Origin: Methanopyrus kandleri AV19
GTDB taxonomy: Archaea > JAADCQ01 > Methanopyri > Methanopyrales > Methanopyraceae
DNA: 32,000 nt
Direction of reading: 5' to 3'
NCBI RefSeq assembly: GCF_000007185.1
Contig: NC_003551.1
Location: forward strand, 1,290,001-1,322,000
Every line of letters begins with the position of its first letter. The stretch's first letter is position 1. The translations under genes were made by a program, and so were the position numbers. This document shows positions 26,132 through 32,000 of this stretch, piece by piece. Under the pieces are notes generated by a model that was not told where the DNA came from, searched no databases, and saw only the letters and a list, made by a program, of their open reading frames with translations.

Positions 26132-27613
26132 TCACCCGGGGTCGGGGACCGCGTACTTCGCGTATCGACGCGTGTACTCCTCGCACATCCTGGTGACGTC
26201 GAACCTCCGGGCCTCCCTCGTTGCCGTGTACGACATCCGGAGGAGGGCCTCCGGGTCTTGGAGCAGTTCCAGGAGGGCCCGTGCACCGGCCTCGTGGTCC
26301 TCCGCCGGGAACGTCCGTCCTATCCCTTCCTTGACGATGTAGGGGACCGCGCCCACCTCGGACGCCACCACGGGACACCCGGTGCTCATCGCCTCGAGGA
26401 GGGCCATGGGGAGCCCCTCGGACCTGCTCGAGAGCACGAACACGTGGAACTTGTGGTAGAACCGCAGGATCTCCTCCGGAGACTGGGATCCGTGGAACTT
26501 CACGACACGCTCCAGCCCCCGCCGCTCTACGATCTCCCGACACCTCTCGTAGTGCTCCCGGTCATCGATGGGTCCGACCACGTGGAACCGGACCCTGTCG
26601 TGTCCCATCTCCTTGGCGACCCTCGCCGCCATCCGGACGAACACGTCGATCCCCTTGATGGGTTCGACCCGGGCGACCGTCCCCACGTGGAGTCTGTCCG
26701 CCTCGCGGAACTTCCTCTCCACGTCCGAGGGCGGTGGAAACCTCCAGGTCTCGATCCCCGAGTAGATCACGTCGATGCGGTCCTCCGGCGCACCCTGCTT
26801 CACGGCGTGCTCCCGGTGGTAGTCGGAGATCGCCAGGATCTCGTCGCAGTACCGGTAGGAGGTCTCGATCATCGACTCGAAGCACCGCCGGTACAGCTCC
26901 CGGGCTACGTCCCCGAGTCCCTCGAGGCGTGTGTCCAGCTCTCGGATCAAGACGCCGTGCTCCGTGATGATGTACGGGGTTCCTTTGACGGCCTTCCTGA
27001 TGGCGCACAGGAAGCCACACACGCCGCAGTTCTGCGGGTGAGCCACGTCGCACTCGGGCATGTGGCGGACGCCCGATGCCGCCCCCATGACGAAGGAGCA
27101 GACGTTCGACACCGCCCAGTACAGGTCGCTGAACCGCTCGTCCGAACCCAGCTGGTCCTCCACGTACCGGGCCAGCGTGTACACCGTCGGTCCTTCCAGT
27201 ACTTTCACAGGATTCTCCGAGACCTCGTACAACCGTTTCAGCATCTCCTCCTCCAGCGGCTCGCCCTCCAGTATATACTCGAAGGCCCGCTCCAGGACGC
27301 GGAAACCCCTGGGAGCCCACTCACCTCGGCGTCCCAGCAGCCACCGGATCCTGTGAACCGGGAACACGCGGGCCGCCCAGCGGCGCTTCCCCATCCGTCT
27401 CGGTACCAACTCTCGGACGACCACGTCCCGGACGTTCTCCGGGATGTCCACGACCGGCTCCGTCTTCCCCGGGGGCGCCAGGCAGAGCACGTTGAACCTG
27501 ACGTTCGGGGAGTGCTCGATGAGACGCTGTACCCAGGTCGTGACTCCCCCGAGCGCGATGGGATACGTTCCCTCCGTTACGATGGTGACCTCGGGCCCAC
27601 CCAACATGATCAC
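26132..27613 (-). CDS. GT4-family glycosyltransferase with a PelF-like (DUF3492-type) N-terminus
   Basis: The N-terminal 'VTIVTEGTYPIALGGVTTWVQRLIEH' matches the PelF-type pattern. The C-terminal 'FVLSSRSEGLPMALLEAMSTGCPVVASEVGAVPYIV' matches the GT-B/GT4 E-x7-E region. An AT-rich promoter-like region lies at 27614-27690. The start is GTG 27613 or ATG 27607. Confidence 0.8.
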   Translation of the reverse strand: MIMLGGPEVTIVTEGTYPIALGGVTTWVQRLIEHSPNVRFNVLCLAPPGKTEPVVDIPENVRDVVVRELVPRRMGKRRWAARVFPVHRIRWLLGRRGEWAPRGFRVLERAFEYILEGEPLEEEMLKRLYEVSENPVKVLEGPTVYTLARYVEDQLGSDERFSDLYWAVSNVCSFVMGAASGVRHMPECDVAHPQNCGVCGFLCAIRKAVKGTPYIITEHGVLIRELDTRLEGLGDVARELYRRCFESMIETSYRYCDEILAISDYHREHAVKQGAPEDRIDVIYSGIETWRFPPPSDVERKFREADRLHVGTVARVEPIKGIDVFVRMAARVAKEMGHDRVRFHVVGPIDDREHYERCREIVERRGLERVVKFHGSQSPEEILRFYHKFHVFVLSSRSEGLPMALLEAMSTGCPVVASEVGAVPYIVKEGIGRTFPAEDHEAGARALLELLQDPEALLRMSYTATREARRFDVTRMCEEYTRRYAKYAVPDPG

Positions 27614-28033
27614 CCGGTATTCATTACTGAAAATACAGCTCGATAATGTACATTTCCCATATGGGTTACATTAGCTAACGTTAACTCACTCGAGCATTGA
27701 CGGAACTAACATCTTGAAAACATCAGCCGGTCGGATCGTCGGCCGACACGGGCCTCTAGATGATACCCGATACGGCACGCTGTCTCTGGGTCCACGGAGC
27801 GAGGGAGGGTATCCTTCGACGTGTACACGGGTCACCGATCGCGCGGATAGAATCCTCGTCCCGTTAACGATACCCAACTTTCTGCTACGTTAAACCAACG
27901 TGATCGGGTTGAGTATCACGTGACGGTAGGATGACCGCAGGTAGTGTGTATCCGTTCATAAGACGCCCGCACCCTACGGTCCGGTGGTAGGTTGGGAAGG
28001 CCGTCCACGGCTCGGACCGGGACGCACGAACCG

Positions 28034-28490
28034 TCACGACTCCGACGTCAGCTTCCGGGCCAGTCCCTTCGCGTCCTTCACGGTCAGCGGTATGTACCCG
28101 CGACCCCTCAGGTGCACCCTGACCGTCTCGGCCACGACCCGCGTGGTGCCTTCCGTCCGCTCGGTGGTCCTCCATCGTGACCACTTCCGCTCCCTCGATC
28201 AACTGTCGCGGTATCTCCTCACCGCGTTTGAAGAACCCGTAGTCCCGCACGATGACCAGCCGATCCGGCTCGACCCGGACGTGACTGCACAGCAGGTACG
28301 TCAGGATCGGTAGCCCCCTGGAGGATCGGCGCGGATAGTCCCACCTCGAAGTACCAGCTGGCCGTAATGCCGAACTTCACGAGCTTCGCGAGCGTGATGA
28401 CAGGCTACCCACCGTCGCGACGCGGTACAGCCGGATCCGGTTGCGACCGACGGCCCCGCCGTAGAACCGGTAGCACCTAGCGTTCAAATC
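28034..28490 (-). pseudogene. multiply disrupted ORF of unknown family
   Basis: Protein-like segments lie in successive frames: 'RFYGGAVGRNRIRLYRVATVGS', 'VITLAKLVKFGITASWYFEVGLSAPILQG', 'LPILTYLLCSHVRVEPDRLVIVRDYGFFKRGEEIPRQLIEGAEVVTMED' and 'TTERTEGTTRVVAETVRVHLRGRGYIPLTVKDAKGLARKLTSES*'. There is also an in-frame TAG. One junction is at the C5 run 28314-28318. Confidence 0.4.
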
Positions 28491-28568
28491 CGTCCGAGGT
28501 ACGGTGCCGCGACCTTCATCCGTATTCCTCGATGTCTCGAAACCTTTAGAGGATGCTATCTCGAACCC

Positions 28569-28907
28569 TCACATCTCGCGGATCGCCCGGGCGAGTCCTT
28601 CGGTGTCCAGCACGGACAGCGCCAGTTTCTCACCGTCCACCGTCCTGAGGACCGCCGTGTCACCGAGGATCGTCACGTCGACGACCTCGTCGGACCGCAC
28701 GAACCTGGAGCGGAAGGGTTCCCACACATCGAGACCGTCCGGCCTCACGACGACCCTTCTCATGAACGAAGAGAACACCTCGAAGGCGCCCGGTACCGAC
28801 GCCGTTACGATCGCCACCCAGACGAAGAACCAGATGTACTCGGAGAGGGCCCTCGGCCCCTTGACCGACAGGATCAGGAACGAACAGGCGGCCATCGCGA
28901 TGGGCAC
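28569..28907 (-). CDS. small two-TM membrane protein with a PH-like C-terminal domain
   Basis: 112-aa ORF with a GTG start. It has two hydrophobic helices, then 'RRVVVRPDGLDVWEPFRSRFVRSDEVVDVTILGDTAVLRTVDGEKLAL', a beta-rich, bacterial-PH-like pattern. An N-terminal extension from ATG 28986 would need a +1 shift at the G5 run 28944-28948. Confidence 0.55.
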   Translation of the reverse strand: MPIAMAACSFLILSVKGPRALSEYIWFFVWVAIVTASVPGAFEVFSSFMRRVVVRPDGLDVWEPFRSRFVRSDEVVDVTILGDTAVLRTVDGEKLALSVLDTEGLARAIREM

Positions 28908-29236
28908 GGACGGCGCCAGGGCCTGGAAGGTTCCCCGAGGCCCGGGGGTCGTAGCTCGGGTACTCCGGCCACTCTACCCGCCTCATCCCGACCTCCGACT
29001 CCTCGCGGTGTCGGAACTACGGGCGTTACGTTTCGAACGATGCGGTGCGTCCGGATTCCAGCGGTCGTATGACGTCCTCGGGGTATGGTGCGTAGGACGT
29101 ACACGGACGGTACGCGGTGGATATCACCGACACCGTGTCCTGACCGGACCACCTCGGGCGCGGCGGCTGCCCGACGGGCGGCTCGTACACCACGACCTCT
29201 CACCAGTCCGTCTCCGGAGGTCGTCCACCAGGTCGG

Positions 29237-29530
29237 TCACGTCCGGACCTCCACGGCCTCTCGGAGGACGCCCCTCCACAGGGCCTCGTACTCCTCGGGA
29301 TCGACCACGTGCATCTCGATGGGGTGCGCCCAGGATTCCTCCAGACCCAGCTCGCGTTCGATCTCCGCGACGATCTCGGCGCGTTCGAGCGGTTTCTCGG
29401 GCGCGTTTCCGCTGACGATCACCACCCTGAGCCGGTCCCCTTCCACCGACGCGTACACCCTCGTACGCCCTCCGAGGAGGTCCCGGGCGACCTCCGCGAT
29501 CCGCTCGGCCCAGTACCTCCACCTAGTCAC
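29237..29530 (-). CDS. small nucleotidyltransferase-fold (MNT-like) protein with a degenerate active site
   Basis: 97 aa with a GTG start, 42 nt downstream of the helicase-like gene. Its layout matches minimal NTases, but the GS...DxD motif reads 'VYASVEGDRLRVVIVSG'. Confidence 0.55.
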   Translation of the reverse strand: MTRWRYWAERIAEVARDLLGGRTRVYASVEGDRLRVVIVSGNAPEKPLERAEIVAEIERELGLEESWAHPIEMHVVDPEEYEALWRGVLREAVEVRT

Positions 29531-29572
29531 GAACGGCCGGTACTCCGGGGGGACCTCGGCCGCGGTCCCGTG

Positions 29573-31555
29573 CTAGGGAACCTCGGAGAGCTTCCCGTCC
29601 AACCACATCACCAGGTTGTCCAAGGCGGCCTCATCGAGCTCCCTCAGGTACGTGGGCTCCGGTAGTTCACTCCCGTCCTCGATCAGGTCGTACTCTCGAT
29701 CGGTCCTGGGATCGTAGACCATCACGCGGGGCGCCCAGCCGCCGAAGGCGTCCTTCACGCCCCTGTACACCTCCTCGACCTCCTCGGGGTGCTCCGACGC
29801 GGTCTTTACGATCGAGCCCGCGCCGAGCACCGCCAGGAACGCCTCGGGGACGGCCTGTGCCGTCCTCCCCGCCACGGTGATCATCTCATAGAGCACGTCC
29901 TCGAACGCGGTGAGCCGGAGGGCCGCCACGGTCGCGTCCTCCTCGGAGAACCCGTACCGGTCCATCAGCCGCTCCGCCCGCCCCCTCACCTCGCATCGAC
30001 GCGCGAGCAGGAGGGCCACCGACAGGTCGGGGGCGTAGCTGGACAGGTACTGCCTGGCGATCAGGAACCCGCTTATACCCATGGCCTCGCACCCGACCAG
30101 TCCCACACCCACGGTCCCCACACCCAGCGCGCCCCGCCTGGCGGTCGCGACGTCCTTCAGGTCGTTGCAGCTCTCGAGCCTCCTGAACTCGACGCCGAGA
30201 CGGCCGTCCCTCCTGAGTCTCCTGAGCCCTTCGATGATCCTGTCCACGAGCGTCTCCGCCCTGTCCAGGAACGCGATCCTGTGCCGTCGGAGGTCGAGCC
30301 TCGTCAGGATCTCCAGGATCAACCCCACGTCCTTCTCCTTCCGCAGGTACAGTGGCAGCAGGTAAGCGCGCCACTCGCCGGACGCCTCCACCGAGACGCG
30401 AACCGACGGTCTCTCCAGCACGGGGCGGTTGGCGATCACCACGTACGCCCCGGGCAACCCGTAGTACTCGCCCAGCATCAGCTCGAGCGCCTTCTCCACC
30501 GAGTCGACCTCCGGTGCGAAGACGACCCCGCCACCGGTGGCGAGCGCGATCCAACCGCCGATACCGACCTCCTCACCCGTTCTCACCGCGTGATCCAGCT
30601 CGAGGAGGGCCCGCACGACCCTTACGCGTCCTTTACCCTTAACGCTCTCGATCCACTCCTCCAAGCGGCTCTCGACGACCTCACGGACCTTCTCGGCGTA
30701 GTCCCCGAACACGACGTCCCGGAGCTTCCCCCTGGTATCCTCGCTCGGGTTACGGTCCAGGGCCGCCCAGACCGTGCTCAGGTGGACGAGCCGGCCACCC
30801 AACGACTCTCTCAACGAGTCGCGCACGATGCCCTCCTTGACCTCCGCCAGGAGCGATCGGACGAGGCCGTGGTGGGCGTCGTCCAGGACCACCAACGACC
30901 CGCTCAGGACCTCGCGGAGCCTGTCGACGCTCATGTGAGGTTCCTCACCCTCCTCCCGCATGGCCCGCTCGCGCGATTCGACGAACCGGGGTAGGTCCCC
31001 GAGCTTACGGTAGGTCAGCAGGACGACGCCGCGTTTCACCTTCCTGGCTCCGACCATGAAGTTGTGATCCCTGACCACGTCGCAATCGCCGCACCGCTCC
31101 CAGGTGCACGGGCCCTCCACGTACTCGCGAAGACGCTCGAAGTAACCCCAACGCCCGAGCTCCATCGGGTCCCCGTCGGCGCGTCTGTACACCTCTTCGT
31201 AGAACTCGGGGGTACACTTGGGCAAACTGGAGAGTTTCGGATCTTCTCCGAAGTTCTTCAGGAACTCGCTCACGGGTATCTCGCACTCGTAGTCACCGAG
31301 ATCCTTCAACCGGAGGACGTCGGAGGAGCCCGAGAGCTTGTCCCTCAAGACCCGCTCGACGTCGTCCAGGAGCGGCTCGGGGGCGACGTAGAAGCATATA
31401 TAGGACGCCTCCCCGGCCGTCAGCAGGTTCTCGACGACCCTACCGACCGTGTACGACTTCCCGACCCTCGAGGACGTTCCGCAATCCGGCATCCCCCACG
31501 CGACCGCCTCACCCCGGAGTGACGCGGAACGACGTCGCGATCCCGGGAAGGGCAC
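29573..31555 (-). CDS. divergent XPD/Rad3/DinG-like SF2 ATPase (putative Fe-S helicase)
   Basis: 660 aa with a GTG start about 25 nt downstream of an AATTATTTT box. Features in order: an atypical P-loop 'GMPDCGTSSRVGKS'; five Cys at aa 91/114/150/155/158 (C-x4-C-x2-C); 'GVVLLTYRKL'; and Walker B/DEAH-like 'LVVLDDAHHG'. This order (motif I, Cys cluster, motif II) is the XPD arrangement. Possible motif V is 'GLVGCEAMGISGF'. The family call is tentative. Confidence 0.6.
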   Translation of the reverse strand: MPFPGSRRRSASLRGEAVAWGMPDCGTSSRVGKSYTVGRVVENLLTAGEASYICFYVAPEPLLDDVERVLRDKLSGSSDVLRLKDLGDYECEIPVSEFLKNFGEDPKLSSLPKCTPEFYEEVYRRADGDPMELGRWGYFERLREYVEGPCTWERCGDCDVVRDHNFMVGARKVKRGVVLLTYRKLGDLPRFVESRERAMREEGEEPHMSVDRLREVLSGSLVVLDDAHHGLVRSLLAEVKEGIVRDSLRESLGGRLVHLSTVWAALDRNPSEDTRGKLRDVVFGDYAEKVREVVESRLEEWIESVKGKGRVRVVRALLELDHAVRTGEEVGIGGWIALATGGGVVFAPEVDSVEKALELMLGEYYGLPGAYVVIANRPVLERPSVRVSVEASGEWRAYLLPLYLRKEKDVGLILEILTRLDLRRHRIAFLDRAETLVDRIIEGLRRLRRDGRLGVEFRRLESCNDLKDVATARRGALGVGTVGVGLVGCEAMGISGFLIARQYLSSYAPDLSVALLLARRCEVRGRAERLMDRYGFSEEDATVAALRLTAFEDVLYEMITVAGRTAQAVPEAFLAVLGAGSIVKTASEHPEEVEEVYRGVKDAFGGWAPRVMVYDPRTDREYDLIEDGSELPEPTYLRELDEAALDNLVMWLDGKLSEVP

Positions 31556-31838
31556 CCCCGTTATCCCGTAGGAAAATAATTGACCGACGACACCACGACG
31601 GACGCCGTCACGGGGGTGCCCGGCATCGAACGTCTCCGTATCCCGGCTCCCGACCCAGGGATCCCGCAGCCCGGGGGACCGGCGAAGGTGTCGTGACCGA
31701 CGTCCCGCCCGTTGGGGCGTCCGAACTGAAGGTGGGCCTCGGATCTAGAACGAACTGATGGGTGTAAGGGAGTAACGACCGAAGCCGACCCCGAAAAACG
31801 GTTAGTAACCTCGAAACGCTTCGACCGGTGGGAGCGGT

Positions 31839-32000
31839 TCACCCGAACAGGAACGACTCGACGAGAGCCTCGGCCTCCTCGTACTCGCCCTCGTCGAGCA
31901 ACTCCGAGAGGAGATCGGCGGGGTCGTACTCCGACCCGCTCTCCATGAGGACGAGAGCGTCCTCGAAGATCCTCCTCGCCTCGTCCAGCATCCTCAGGGC
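31839..32000 (-). CDS. 3' end of a gene running off the window (acidic helical tail, product unknown)
   Basis: The reverse frame is open from the window edge (ALRMLDEARRIFEDALVLMESGSEYDPADLLSELLDEGEYEEAEALVESFLFG*), with the stop at 31839-31841. Confidence 0.5.
   Translation of the reverse strand, partial: ALRMLDEARRIFEDALVLMESGSEYDPADLLSELLDEGEYEEAEALVESFLFG

Noticed and set aside
29040-29207. Short (~55-codon) GTG-initiated minus-strand ORF (VYEPPVGQPPRPRWSGQDTVSVISTAYRPCTSYAPYPEDVIRPLESGRTASFET) between the NTase-like gene and the small membrane protein.
   Set aside because: It falls below the ORF-track threshold, has no recognisable motif, and overlaps equally long ORFs in other frames. 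I cannot support it from sequence alone.

Overview
GC-rich, archaeal-looking window: TATA-type promoters, frequent GTG/TTG starts and acidic, Arg-rich proteins. The resemblance to Methanopyrus is my inference only.

The centre (7.1-17.8 kb) is a mirror-symmetric type III-B (Cmr) CRISPR-Cas locus. Two outward-reading arrays share a 36-nt repeat, and each has a ~530-bp leader homologous to the other. They bracket two divergent operons: cmr1-cmr4'-cmr6 on the minus strand and cas10-cmr3-cmr4-cmr5 on the plus strand. Unusual points:
- Spacers are very long (50-70 nt).
- Cas10 lacks an HD domain but keeps GGDD.
- There are two Cmr4 paralogues.
- cmr1 and cmr4' each carry a single-base frameshift, at or beside a short G/C run.
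- No cas1, cas2, cas4 or cas6 lies in the window.

Upstream (0.4-4.1 kb) is a small defence-type cluster: a PIN protein, an MNT-HEPN fusion and a CARF-domain protein with an uncharacterised C-terminal domain, a candidate cyclic-oligoadenylate (cOA) effector.

Downstream features:
- a large secreted alpha/alpha-toroid-repeat protein;
- a ~1.1-kb stretch without a convincing ORF;
- a decayed solo cmr1-like pseudogene;
- a PelF-like glycosyltransferase / polytopic membrane protein / Gly-Asp-Trp-tailed membrane protein / secreted protein operon;
- a multiply disrupted ORF;
- an operon with a divergent XPD/Rad3-like (Cys-cluster, DDAH) ATPase, a degenerate nucleotidyltransferase-fold protein and a small membrane protein.

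Three secreted proteins share an unusual Pro-rich hydrophobic + Arg C-terminal tail, and a fourth has a weaker version. All family calls come from motif recognition by eye; no database search was possible.
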